A stretch of DNA of 64,000 nt from Schmidtea polychroa (Eukaryota), in the NCBI GenBank assembly GCA_044892525.1, contig CM097886.1, positions 66,712,001 through 66,776,000 of the forward strand, given 5' to 3'. This document shows, piece by piece, positions 40,408 through 53,029 of the stretch. The notes beneath the pieces are model-generated. The model was not told the DNA's origin. It saw nothing but the letters and a program-made list of their open reading frames with translations, and made no database searches. Position 1 is the stretch's first letter. The number at the start of each line of letters is the position of its first letter. The position numbers were made by a program, and so were the translations under genes.

Positions 40408-41162
40408 TATATAAATTAAATTATCACAGAGTTGTTACTAGGATACGCAAAACATGTCATTATTTAAACAATAACTTATATAAATAATTTATTTCATACT
40501 TAAAAATTACTTCATGATACTTCATGCAATTTTATTTTTTTAAATCTTTATTTTGATATTAAATTATTGAAAAGTAATTTGTTAGGAATTTTAGGAAAAA
40601 TGTCTGCAGGTGGAATTTAATCAGAAAATATTTAACGAATATATTCCTATAATTAGCCAGAAGTGATGAATTTATTAAATGAATCAGTTTTCATTGCAAA
40701 ATTTGACAACAATAATAAGATAAAACTTTGAGGGTTCTCCAATTACGAACGCAGAGCCGTACTTACTTTTATCCTCAGCCAGACATTCACTAGAGTCGTA
40801 AATTCTCAGATGCACACATGGTCTCTGGCCTTGCGGGTGCAACGAACCTAATTCGTTCCTGATTTCACGTCGATATATTAAATAAATTTTAGTTGCTGTT
40901 GATTTCATTTTGTCGTTTTGGTTTATGTAGATTCTGGTGCCTCCCAGATTTATTATTTTAATAACTGCTCAGAATAATGGTCATGACTTTTTATCGGTGG
41001 CTTTTGTGTGTTATTCACCCGGAAATTAGAAAGATGTTTGGTTTGCCTTGGGACGACTGAGTTTTCAAATTTACAATGCTCGGTGTGATTTTTAATATCG
41101 CGAATGTTGAAGTTAATTTAACTGCGATAATATTTGCCAATTCAACTTTAACATCAAACTTT

Positions 41163-41926
41163 TGACTAACCTCTGACTCCACGTGTCCTTTTAATCGTAA
41201 TTAACAAAACAATGAACTATCCAACGTATATTTGAATCACAAAAATCTCTCAAAATTCAATGATACAATCAACGACAGAGTTTTAGAAGTTTAATCGGTT
41301 CTCCGCTCGGTGCTGATGCTTTGTCAAAATCTTTATAAATATTCACCTTTTAATCGAACTTTTCCTATTTGATCTGGTCCAATTCAATTTTCTTCTCACG
41401 CCTCAAATATTTCCTAACTCTATCCTTTAGTTTCCCTAAATTCCTGATTACCCTAAGCTCAGTTTCTTTCTGTTCCTAGCTGAGGCAAAATGCCGATTTG
41501 CTCTGACTTTCCCATTCCTTATACTCTTCGAAATCAGAATGACAAATGGCTATTGCCGAGCCAATCTCTTTCTTGACATTCGACTCCACATATCTTTTCA
41601 TTTTCTTGTTTTTCCTTTTTTACTCATCATTTTGCACTCTTCCTAGCACTTTTTGAAAATTTCGTTATCACCATGTTATTCCCCGCTATCTGTTCCCCCA
41701 TGACCAATTTTCTAGACTTTAATTCGAATTTATGAATTTTTTATCGATTTTTCTCAATTCACCTTTCTTGTTATTTTCTCATATACTGATGCACCTCATC
41801 GAGCCTTTTTACCCATTTTATTTCTTCGCATTGTCAATTCTCTCTTTGACCAGTCTTATCCTTCTCTCATTCTTTTAATTAAAAATATAATTCAATTTTA
41901 ATTTTAATTATTTTATAACCCCAACA
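41163..41926 (-). mobile_element. Solo-LTR-like repeat
   Basis: On minus: TGTTGGGGTTAT ... GACACGTGGAGTCAGAGGTTAGTCA, carrying the family 3' motif. Confidence 0.55.
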
Positions 41927-42949
41927 GTTAGATGGTCGCTACCCATATCCTACTGGACATTAGAAGAACGAGCTCTTAGTGTTCTATAACAAACAAAGGA
42001 ATTTAGTTTAAATGTTGAATTTAGGTTTGTCATCTGCATGTTCTATGAGTCGATTACAAGTACAATCAAATGTGAATGGCTCACTCCACACGACTCACTG
42101 GACATCAGTGTGATGAGCCCTTAGTGTTATGTACTAAGACCTTTATAATCACGACTGAACTAAAAAGCTGGGCATGATTCCCGATATTCTATATAAATTA
42201 ACTTTGTCAGTTGACGTTCCACGGTTACTCATCTTACATTTTGCGAGCATCGCACTGACACACACGAGCTAGCAGTTCTTTAAGAATGTTTTATATATCA
42301 TTTTTTATTATATTGATATTTGTAACCTGTCGCGTTTAATAATTCTATTTACTATTTTTTTTATTTAACTTCAAGAAGATTTTCCTTTTACGTTGTACTT
42401 TTTATGTGCTAACGAGAATTTTAAAATAGTTACACAGTTGCGTTCGCTTTTCGACACATTAAAACAAGGTAAAAACTCGAATGTTGAAGTACTACAATTA
42501 TTATAATTGGTAATGTTATTATTGGAGTTGTAGTTGTAGTTATTATTATTATTATTATTTTGACACTTAAAGTGTCGATTATTTTATTATCGATTATTTT
42601 ATTAGTGACCCTTCAAAAGTCATCTACTTAAAAATATTTACAAGAGGTTAGATTTGACTTTGATTTACATTCCTAATTGAGATAAAGAGTTATGAAGAGA
42701 GTTATAAAGAATTATGAATAATGTTAGAATAGAGAGAAATGTTTGTGGGGTCCATTATGCAACATTTTCAATTAATTATTATTTATTTCTAAAGATGATG
42801 AATTTTCATCCTCAATTTGCCTAAACTAATAATAATGTAATGATTTAATGAATTAATTAAATAATCTCAACAAATCTGTTACCAATTGATCAATAATTGA
42901 GAATAGTTGTGACTCAATTGCTGATGCAACTATTGGGTTATTAATCAAT

Positions 42950-43760
42950 AAGGTCGGTTAGTTTTTGACTCCTCGTGTCCCTTTTATAAAATCAAATAAC
43001 TAAAACCCAACACAGAACAAATTTATTGATTCTCGGAGTAAATTACAATTTATCACTAATTTGCACTTTTCTATCAGATATTTCTTTGAGTCAACAGACA
43101 GACCAATGGGTAGTTTCCTTATCTGAAACGTTAAACCAGTTTGAAACTATAATAAAAGTTTGTTTCTTTCTTTCACTAATTTCTGGTTGATTTACTGTTA
43201 GCTTCTTTTCAAATACCACACTCAATTCTTGCTGTCTTTGACCAAATGCAATTTACTTCTCGACATTTCTTCTTTCTTTACCTCTTCTTTGAAAATAATT
43301 TAATTATCAACCAGCAATTATTCCAGAAATTCATGTCTAATTGCCTTACCCACAAGGCCTGTCTTTGAAAATTTATCTAAAATAAATCTGATCATATAAT
43401 AATCTCTCGGGTCTCCCATTGTCTCGAGCTTTCCATTAACGATTAAAAAATTATTTTAATTAATTTGTTTTTGCGTTATAACTTTTCCCGGGGACCCCTT
43501 ATTAAATTTTTTATTATTATCATTGCATTCTTCTTTCGTTTTGGCGTTCAACCATACCCATTTCCCCAATCAATATTAATTTTTAATATTTATAGATTTT
43601 TCATTAATTTTTGTACTTTAATTATTTTGGTGTTTTTTTTGATTTTACCTGTGTTTCTAATTTATGTTTGTGCCTTTAATATATTACCTAGACACAACAT
43701 AATATTCTCTTTTACTGATCATTATAATTATTTACAATTATTTTCCTTCTATAGGTTGGC
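42950..43760 (-). mobile_element. Solo-LTR-like repeat (5' boundary approximate)
   Basis: 3' motif AATAAATTTGTTCTGTGTTGGGTTTT...CACGAGGAGTCAAAAACTAACCGACCTTA, plus the GGGACCCC and CTCGAGCTTTCCATTA blocks. Confidence 0.65.
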
Positions 43761-44359
43761 AAAAACCGGTCTGTCGGTCAAACAAAAAAAGAATTACAAA
43801 CTTGGGAAAAATTTGATATTTTTGTTTTTTCTTGACGATATATCTGTTTTATTTGTTTTGAAGATTTACACATTATTTACATATTGTTTTTTCATTAAAA
43901 AATTTAGTATATCATGGAATTTCGAAATTTCCTGATTGCACTCTGACCCCCAGAAAATATTTTGAAACTAAAATGGACTTTCATCCAAAGTATTTCTCCA
44001 CCTATGTTCTAAAAATAACAATTTGATAAAATAAATTGCAAATAAATTAAATATTCCATCTCAATATAAACTATCAAAATAATATAATAATCAATTATCA
44101 ATATTATTTTATAACATTATAAGATTCTATGATCCAGATTTTGGGCCCCTTCAGTTATCGACAAGAAATTCTTTCCAATCGTCTTCGTCATGTAACATTT
44201 TTCATTGACCATTTAGAAGCAAATGTTTAGGATTACAATGTTTGCTTCAAAACGAATACAAATAAATATGCTAAACCCTTATCGCCAGTTAAGACCTTTT
44301 AAATGGACACTATAATTTAATAATTTCAAAACAAATTTGCTGTGAGTATACTGTTCCTC

Positions 44360-45246
44360 TATGTAATGATATTTTAGGTGGACTGGAAATCCGCGTTATA
44401 TACAGATTATTTACCATAATTTACCATTAACTAGAAGTAAAAAATAATAATGTTCCTGTTGGGGTTAGAGCAAAAACAAAATAAATTTCACAGGGTACCA
44501 GAAAGCAGAACAAAAATTGGTAAAATCAATATAAGTACAAAATTAATTAAAATTTAATAAAAATTAAAAATCAATATTGAACGGGGGTATCGGGTATGGT
44601 TAAATGCCAAATTGTTAGACGAGGTTAGAAAGCATAATAAAAATGTAATAGGGTGACCATAGAAAAAGTTAATAAGGAAAAACAAATTAATTAAAATTAA
44701 TTAATCTGTAATGGAAAGCCCGAGCCAATGGAAAGCCCGAGCCCATGGGAAACCCGAGCACTGAAGAAAACCCGATGCGCAGTGAGACCTGAGACACCGG
44801 ATAAGGGAATAACAATTCGAATTATAATTGCAGGGTAAATAAATTAAAATAATTGTCGAACCGTTCAAAATTTACTTAGGGTGCCCGGGGAAACAATTAA
44901 TTTCATTTTGTTAGATAATTGGCCTCTTAAAAACAGTATAAAAGGAGATCTTAGAAATGAGCAAGCCGCCATTTGGTCGAAGAGGAAAAGGAAAAAGCTA
45001 AGCAGAAAATCCAGCAAGGACAAGTCAAAAGAGGAAATTGGTGAATTATAAAGAAGCCAGAATAGTACAAGAAAAGGTAATTGCCCCTTGGGTTTTTACC
45101 TCATAAAATAAATTTGAATTGAGAGAAAGGTGCAAACAGTGACAGATTGTAATTGTGATAAAAATCAAATAAATTTATTCTGTGTTGAGTTTTCATTGAT
45201 TTGGTAAAATAAGAACACGAGGAGTCAGAGACAGGACCGACTTACA
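44360..45246 (+). mobile_element. Solo-LTR-like repeat (5' boundary approximate)
   Basis: TATAAAAGG box, AATAAATTTATTCTGTGTTGAGTTTT...CACGAGGAGTCAGAGACAGGACCGACTTACA end, and internal ~17-bp repeats AATGGAAAGCCCGAGCC. Confidence 0.68.
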
Positions 45247-45389
45247 AAAAAAAAACTCAACATTCCACATGCCATGACGAGTAAATCATACTGTGACATA
45301 ACTAAATATTTACACCAGATATCAAATTGTAATGTCTCCAACCCTTGTTAAATTGAGGGATTCATAAAATTAAAATTGTTGGGTTAATA

Positions 45390-46270
45390 TTTAACAAGTC
45401 CAATAGTTTTTGACTCCTCGTGTACTTTTCCAATCAAGTAACAAAAACTAACATAGAACAACTTTATTCGAACTGTATCACAATTACAAATAGTCACTCA
45501 ATTTGCAACTTTCTTTCTTAGACACTCGTTACCGTAAGATAAGTTGCACAAGGGATATTCACCTTTCTGGTACAATAAATTATAATTTTGCTCAGGATTT
45601 ACTTCTATTAATTTCTCTTGGAATCTCTTGATTTGTAGTTTCTCGCTAACGTTATTTCTTCGACCAACTGGCAACTCGTCTCTGTTTAGCTTTTCCTATT
45701 ATACTTTTCAAAACAACATTGTCAATATCAAATTAATTCCACAGGGAATACCGACCTTTACCCCACCGTTATTTTAATCCTTGTGAGGATTATTGACTTT
45801 CTCCTTATTCATTGGCTATTCGTTATTTCAATCTTAGGTGATGGAATTTTTGTTATCCCGCTAATATTTTTTCTAGACGGCCGCTCGATCAATTTGCTTT
45901 ACTTCCCAATTAGTAGGGTCTTATTGCTTTCAGCGTTTTCCTCATTGGTCAAGTTTCTCGTTGTATCAGGCTTCTCATTAGCTCGGGATCTCCATTAGCG
46001 ATTAATTAATTTTTAATTAGATTGTTATTTTATTATAACTTTCCCTAGGGACCCTTCAATAAATTTTTATTATTGTTTTTAAATTTGTCTCATGATTTCC
46101 CCGATTGATATTACCTTTTACCTTTTATTCATTTTTCTAATTAATTTTCGCACTTTTGTTATTCCGGTGTTTTTATTGATTTTTATTCTACTTTCGTTCT
46201 ATTTTGTGATTTTTTTACATTACGCCAACCAAATTATTTTCCTCTTCTAATTGTCCGTCATTACGACTAT
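45390..46270 (-). mobile_element. Solo-LTR-like repeat
   Basis: Same 3' motif (CACGAGGAGTCAAAAACT), with TTCGACCAACTGGC and AGGGACCCTT blocks. Confidence 0.65.
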
Positions 46271-46495
46271 AGATCAAATTGTCTCTCCTCATGTTTCACT
46301 ATTTTAAATAAGCGAGAGTGTATTATTGTTATATTTTTCATAATAATAATAAAAAAGTGAGTCAAATAAATTGAATTTTTACAAATACAACTTTTAATGA
46401 AGAACTTTGATAAAAACACTCATCAGCCTTTACTTTAAACTATTTAAACTCCATTCAGTTGCATTATTTGTTTTCATCGTGAAAAATCTAAGAAA

Positions 46496-49016
46496 ATGAA
46501 AACATTTAATATAGAAAAATCCATTCTTACAAATTCTGAATGCTTTCTCACAATTGACATTGGAGTTTCAACAATAAAATGCTTCTACCTCGACAAAGAA
46601 AATGACCATTATAACGAAAATTCACAGAATAATGATGTAATTTTTACATTAAAATCTACAAATTTCAACATTCAAATTGAAAACTTTCTACAAAATATCA
46701 AATCTAACTTGTCAACTCTTGAAACCATTGAAACAAAATTAATATTAATTTGTGGAATTCAATGCAAACATTTCCAGTGAACCTTTGACGATTATAAAAA
46801 TGAAATTTTAATGATAATCTCTTAGATCGGAAATCTCGAAGGTGTTTGGTTGTGAGGTAAAAGTTGTATCAGAAATGACTGCGTTTGCGAATGGTGTGAG
46901 ATATTTTGTAAATCATCATGAAAGGGATACATTTTACCATCAAGCCGAAAATATTTCAGATACTCCTGCAAAATTTCAAAGTAAAATGCGGGAACAAGTG
47001 ATTATTAGTAATAAAATTAATTTCAATTAATTGTCATTTAGTTATTGAAAAGTTGGAAAGCAAAACGCGAGTTATTATTAAAGGATTCAACGAGTGAAGA
47101 ATATCCATGTCTCTATGTGAATGGGGGATCCAGTTGCCGTTATATATTAGTTGATGAATATGGTAAAGGAAAAGAGGTTTCATTTAATAGTTACGGAGGA
47201 AGCACTTTCCAAGGCTTAGCAAAATGTCTAATAGATGAAAATGTAATTTAATTTATTAAATTATAATAGTATGGTTATAAGCCGAAGGATCAAACATATA
47301 ATAATTCTTTCCAAACATTTAAAACTAAATAATTTTTGAAACTTCATATATTGTTTTAAATACTTTATAAAACCTTTCACTTTTTCATAATTTTATTTCA
47401 ATTTGACCAAACAAATCGTCATACAATACATGTACATATATATACGTGCGCAAAAAAAATTTGACAGTATACTTTCTTTTCATTTTTGTCAGTATTCCTT
47501 TACTTTATTCACCATAACTCATACGCAATAATAAAAAAATTATGAAATCTATAGAAACTATAAATAATGCCAAAATGGATGTTTCAGTTCCAAGAAAACT
47601 TCGTTTAATTCACAGAGTCATCTATAGGCTGACATACAAAATGTTTTCAGCCAATAAAATGAGATCATGAATTCTATTTGATACAATACATATGTGAATG
47701 TAGAACATGTTGAAGCCGCTACGATGTGTCCAAGATTCTCACCAAAATGAGCACAACTGGCTCAGTATCTCAACGTGAAGGAAGTTGAAGAAAGCGAAAG
47801 ACAACTGGCAGAGAGAACCGGATCGTCAAATGTGTCACATTAGCCAATCGAGAAACAAAGCTTTCTGGTGTTGTGAATATTTTAAAATCTGACCATGGAA
47901 TAAACATCAGTCGAGACACTATTCGTCGTAGGTTGAATGAACAGGGGATAGCCACTTACTCTTGTCGACATGTTCCTATAGAAGGCGAGTCATATGACTT
48001 CATATGACCAAATATAGCTTTTTAATTTAAGCAATTTTAAACACCTTTATGGCCACGGCCCTCTTAGACAGTTGGGTACTTACTATTCTTTGGTTCTTAA
48101 TTTGTCAATCTTAACCATTCAACGCTTCCTTATCATTTTACCGCTTGAGTGCAACATTTATTGATAAAATGTTTTATTTTTTGGTCATTTTGATCTGTTA
48201 ACGTTTTTGAAGGCATTTCACTTATTTTAATTTTGAAAATATATCAAAAATTGAATTCTACGCAACAGAAACCTGTTGCAATGCCTTTTCACTTGTTATT
48301 TAACACTTGGTAAAGGCAAAGCCAAAAATTTGTTTTGGTTAGAATTAGATTTTTGATATTTTGTCAGAATGAAAAAATAATATACATATATCAACAAAAA
48401 CATATTTAGAAACGGATAAAAGTTCCATGACAAACATCACGGTAAAAATAAACGTATGCATATAAACATACAGCATTTTTATATATTAGTAAAAACGAAG
48501 TAACACGTCCTTTGAAATTTATTTTCTTTAATTAAAGAACACTTCAAAACTGCTTGAAATGGCTGAAGTTGGATTCAAAGAAAACACTGACACTCAAATC
48601 AAAGACATATTTGACGATTTCAAAAACAACCCATACGGAAAATTTTCACCAAATATGCCCTTATTTGCATACGGAAAAGCAACGGATTATACGTCAGTTG
48701 ATCAGATCCCATTTAAAGATGAAGACATTTCCCAATCTCTGGTATCAATGGTAATCCAGAATTCAATATTGTCTGCTAATAGAATAGCATTTACGACATT
48801 ATGTAAAAAGGTTTGTAACAAAAGTTCTGAAGATATATTTTTACTCTTTTCTAAACTTAGATTTATATTGGAGGGTATTTGTTTCAGCACAAATCCTTCT
48901 TGGTGGAATACTCTAAATTCTGCGTGAGGCTACCAGGAATAATAAAAATACACTTTTTGAAGTGTGGATTCGAGGCAAATCTTGGTTTGTTGGTTAACCA
49001 TAATCAAACAGAATAA
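46496..49016 (+). CDS. Divergent type II pantothenate kinase-like protein, copy D (360 aa)
   Basis: Exons 46496-46776, 46826-46997, 47042-47242, 48538-48810, 48861-49016 give an open frame. Motifs LTIDIGVSTIK, VSEMTAFANG, LYVNGGSSCRY, YGGSTFQGL, FAYGK, EDISQSL, YIGGYL. Confidence 0.9.
47450..47980 (+). pseudogene. Tc1-like transposase N-terminal remnant with left TIR, in intron 3 of copy D
   Basis: YDVSKILTKMSTTGSVSQREGS*RKRKTTGRENRIVK...HGINISRDTIRRRLNEQG matches the Tc1 HTH and GRPRK linker. A TIR-like TACGTGCGCAAAAAAAATTTGACA lies near 47450. Confidence 0.8.
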
Positions 49017-49429
49017 ACATAACGGAATCATATATAATAATATTAGTGACATTTTTTTATATATATTTTTTCCACATTCACTTTATGAACATAAACATGT
49101 ATAAATAATACAGAAATTAAGAGTTACAAAATATTAAATAATTACAATAATTTACAGACTGTATTTATTAAACTTTATACAATGGCGACTCGTACTCAAA
49201 AACTTTGTGAAAGCAATAAAAAAAAATTTAAAAAAATTAAAAAATTTTTTTATTTATATAAAAACTCAAATCCTTCGACAAAATTCTTTAATTACTAAAT
49301 CACAAAAAAATTGTCTTTAGTAGCCAAAAGTTCTTTTTAAAAGATATTAAAAATTAAAAATATAGAATTTCTCAAAATTGAAGTGCAAGCAATGCTTGCA
49401 CTGCTTATATGGACGAGCCGCCACCGACT

Positions 49430-49640
49430 TTATAGCAAGTTTTAAACTTAGTCATGTTGATTATGAGGACATTATTTATTTTTTGGACGTAAGATAGTTA
49501 AGGCGAGGTAAAATGTTAAAAAGATTTTATGATTTGCGAAATGAAATCAATTCGTTTATGGTATCAAAAATCAAAATGTGTGCCAGAACTTGATGATGAA
49601 AATTGGCTCACGTATTTGACATTTTTAGTAGACTGGGCAG
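49430..49640 (+). pseudogene. hAT (GTF2IRD2-like) transposase fragment
   Basis: HVDYEDIIY, RGKMLKRFYDLRNEINSFM, PELDDENWLTYLTFLVD. Confidence 0.75.
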
Positions 49641-50566
49641 AATTTTCTTTATTTTCCCGAGAAAAATAAGAATTTTCCAGTAGTCATTGACGTATTGAAG
49701 AATTTTGTGGGAGAGTTAGTAAAATTTATCGATTCAAATCATCCATCATAACATACTTTAATGTACATAAACGTATTGTTTATAGGACTCTAAGAGGTAC
49801 ATGCTGAATATTAACTCTTGGGCCTGATGGAACTGATTTTAGCTTCATAATAGTTGAGGAGTATAATTTTCATAATTAACCGAAAAATTAGTAAGACTAG
49901 AAATAAAATTCATAAAAAGCAAAAGTTTCCTGTATTTTCAGCTTTGCAATGAATACTTCCTTATTTCCACCCCTGGATTTTAGGAAATCTCTTTTAAATC
50001 TCCCTTTTTAATGAATGTACAATAAAACTTTATGACATATAATTATTGAACATGTTGAGGTTCACAAAATTTCAACTTTGTTGTCTGTTCTGTGCTCATT
50101 GTCTTGCACGTTCTAGTTTAAATTTCAAAAGTTGATAACTAAATATAAAATTCGTCTATAATACAAGAGATTTTTGGATCTGGTCTGACTAAAACATCAA
50201 TCAGTATTTATACCTAAATTATATGTCCGTTACATTTTAGGTACCTATATGCTTGTTATTTATTTTTATTATTATCTCTATTTTTATTTTTTTTAAATTG
50301 GCGCCTCATGGTCATAAAAAAACGTTTTTATGGACAATAAAATGCATCAAAAAGATTTTGCGCCAAAACTTGAGCAGTTATATGCTTTTATTTTAAACTG
50401 ATCAACAAAATTGTGGGCCAACAAAATTAAAAATATAAATATTAATTTTTTATTAATAAAATAAATGTGGTGCCTCCGAAATTCTAATTAATAAATATAT
50501 TAATTTAATAATTAAATTACAAATGCATTATCAAATTAAGTAAATTAAATCACGTTGTTTAAATAT

Positions 50567-51581
50567 TGTTGAGGATACCTAAATGATAAATTATAAATAA
50601 ATAAATAAAATTATTTGGGGGAAGATCATCATGATAAACGGGACGATCTAGAGGAACTCAGACAAGAAAACGGAAGCAAAAAGAAATGAGAAATGAGAAA
50701 GAGGAAGTAAACAAAAGAAATTAAACAAGAAATTAAAACCAAGGTCAGTACTAATTAACTAATACAAAAATGAAAAGGAATTTTGAAATCGTGAAAAAAG
50801 GAAAACAACAATATTCTTATCTCGACAGCTTGCCAGTCATAACGTAATTGCCGGGAGATGGCGGTTGAATAAAAAAGCAAAAGGGAAACTATCTTGACAG
50901 CCGTCAGAAATAAAAATGGAATAGCCGGGGAAAGTAGGAGAAAGAAAGTAGAAAACACTTGATTATCTTGAGTGCCAAGTGCCAAACTATCGAAGACAGG
51001 GAGAGACGAAATTAGACAAAAGCGGGACAAAAAGTGACGCAAATTTGAGAGACGATTTGAGAGACAATTTGAGAGAAAAGTATAGAAACGAATTTAGAAG
51101 ACAATTTTGGAGAAAATTTGGAAGACAATTTAAGAGACAATTTGGGAGATAAAATTAGTGGAGAAAAATTAGACAACGTTGGGCGAAGCGTTATTGGAGA
51201 AACGATTTGTGAAAAATAATTGTAAAGGAAACGAGTGTGGAGAATAATTATTGGAGAAGAGTTGAAGAAAAGAATTAGTTGAAAAATAAAACGAAAAAAA
51301 GTTACTTGAGTATTTGAATATATTTGTGAAGGTCAAAGAAAACAACCAGCTCAAAGTCCCAGTTGATAAACCAATCAGTAATTTGTGATCTTTTAATCCG
51401 GTGTTATACGCAAGTGCTATTCCTCACTGAGTGTTGTAATAAGCATTGTATAGTCACCAAGTAGAGTGTTGAATTGATTGTCAGTGTAAAGTGAAAGTTT
51501 ATTTGTGATTATCAATAAAGATTTCTGTTGTCAAATGTTATTTGTGGATCGTATAAAGACACGTTTGGAGTCAGAGTAACA
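50567..51581 (+). mobile_element. Solo LTR nested in the Gypsy 5' LTR
   Basis: TGTT...AACA termini, AATAAA, and family 3' motif GACACGTTTGGAGTCAGAGTAACA. Internal degenerate GAGACAATTT repeats. Confidence 0.65.
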
Positions 51582-52779
51582 TTTAAAATTATCGCCAACT
51601 CAATAAACCAACAATATTCATTTTTTACGAACATCGCTACTTTTTAATTCAAAATGTTCTTACAACGCTTCATGGACACACTTTTCCGTAATATACAGAT
51701 CAACGCGTCAGATTCCTTGCCAACATACCCTCATCCACCGATTTCAAGCCTTTTCCCAAATGACTTGATCTAATCCGCAGTTTTCCACTACCAACCACCG
51801 TCACACAACTACATAACATTTTGGGGATATTCAATTTCTATCACAGATTCATAAAAAACACATCACACATAACGGCACCTTTTTTAGCACTGAATACAGG
51901 AAAAACATTCCACCATTAACTGGTCCAGCAAAACACGTGACGCATTCAACATAGTCAAAAACGCTCTAGACAAGATTACAACTCTTCACAACTCTTTACA
52001 ACCCGTGTCATGTCCTCCCATTCACCCTCACAACAGACACATTAAATATATTCTTTCGTCAAATTCATGACAGTATTTCAATTCCAACTAAATTTTTCTC
52101 TAGAAATTTTCATTGCCCGAGTCAAAGTACAGCGCATTCAACAGAGAATTACTCGCTATTTTTCTAGCTGTAAATCACGGCGGTCACATTTTAGAAAGTA
52201 AAGAATTCACAATCTTCACTGATCAAAAACCTCTTATCCATTGTATCACCATGAAAGACCCATCAAACAGGGTACACCTTCAAATAACATACCTATAATC
52301 TTTCAACATTAAGTTTGTCCAAGTCTCCGGTAAAGATAACGTGATCTCTAACTATCTTTCTAGTAACATTTCAGCATCTATCTCATCAATCCCGGTCCTT
52401 ACTCAAGATATTCACCGTTCGACACCACCAACCTCAGAAGATCCAGTCCACTTCAAAGACTCACTACAGACAATAGATGGTATACATTACGACACAATGT
52501 ATAAAAACACTCTCAGACCAATCCAACACTATCCGCTCCGGAAACAAGCATTTCTCGCCATCTATAGCTTGCAGTGCAAGCATTGCACCACCCAAGAATT
52601 AAGTCCACACACCACATCCAACTCCAAAAAGTCATATGGTTCTCATTATTCAAAGACGTAAAACAGTAGGCGCCCCAATGTGAAGGCTGCCACAACACAA
52701 AATAAACAGACACACTAAACCACCAATCATCCCTTTCACAACGGTCTTGAGATTCGACACACTCCACATTGACCTAGTA

Positions 52780-52830
52780 GGCATACTACGGCATACTACG
52801 GCATACTACAGCATACTACGGCATACTTCG
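52780..52830. repeat. 10-bp tandem repeat (GGCATACTAC) x5
   Basis: Read directly, just upstream of the 3' LTR. Confidence 0.95.
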
Positions 52831-53029
52831 GCGGAGACTATTGTAGTGCATTCGAGTTTTCAATAAATATATTAATTTAATAATCAGATTACAAATATAT
52901 TATTAAATTAAGTGAATTAAATTACGTTGTTTAAATATTCATTTTTCCTTTCAAACATCACTACCTTTTATTTCAAAATATATATAAAACCATAGAATTT
53001 TATCAATTTTGATGAAAGTCTACTTTTTC

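Larger units (their letters stand above)
50466..52965 (+). mobile_element. Ty3/Gypsy retrotransposon remnant with short LTRs
   Basis: Related ~100-bp direct repeats start TGTGGTG (50466) and TGTAGTG (52842), the latter ending CATCACTAC. A purine-rich tract precedes the 3' copy. pol fragments include QRFMDTLFR, IRSFPLPTTVTQLHNILGIFNFYHRFI, YSAFNRELLAIFLAV...FTDQKPL, and decayed integrase zinc-finger sequence. Confidence 0.85.

Noticed and set aside
40684-40908. ORF faintly resembling copia RNase H
   Set aside because: The similarity is too weak and no other copia motifs are nearby.
41480-41498. Hammerhead-like CTGA-GGC-AAAAT-GCC-GATT, and isolated CTGATGA hits near 558, 3463, 26245 and 46422
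   Set aside because: The core is incomplete, or helix II plus GAAA plus NUH and helix I pairing are missing.
43465-43935. Hydrophobic ORFs at 43465, 45783, 50755 and 51169
   Set aside because: They lie within LTR-like repeats and reflect T-rich strand bias (Phe/Ile/Leu), not membrane proteins.
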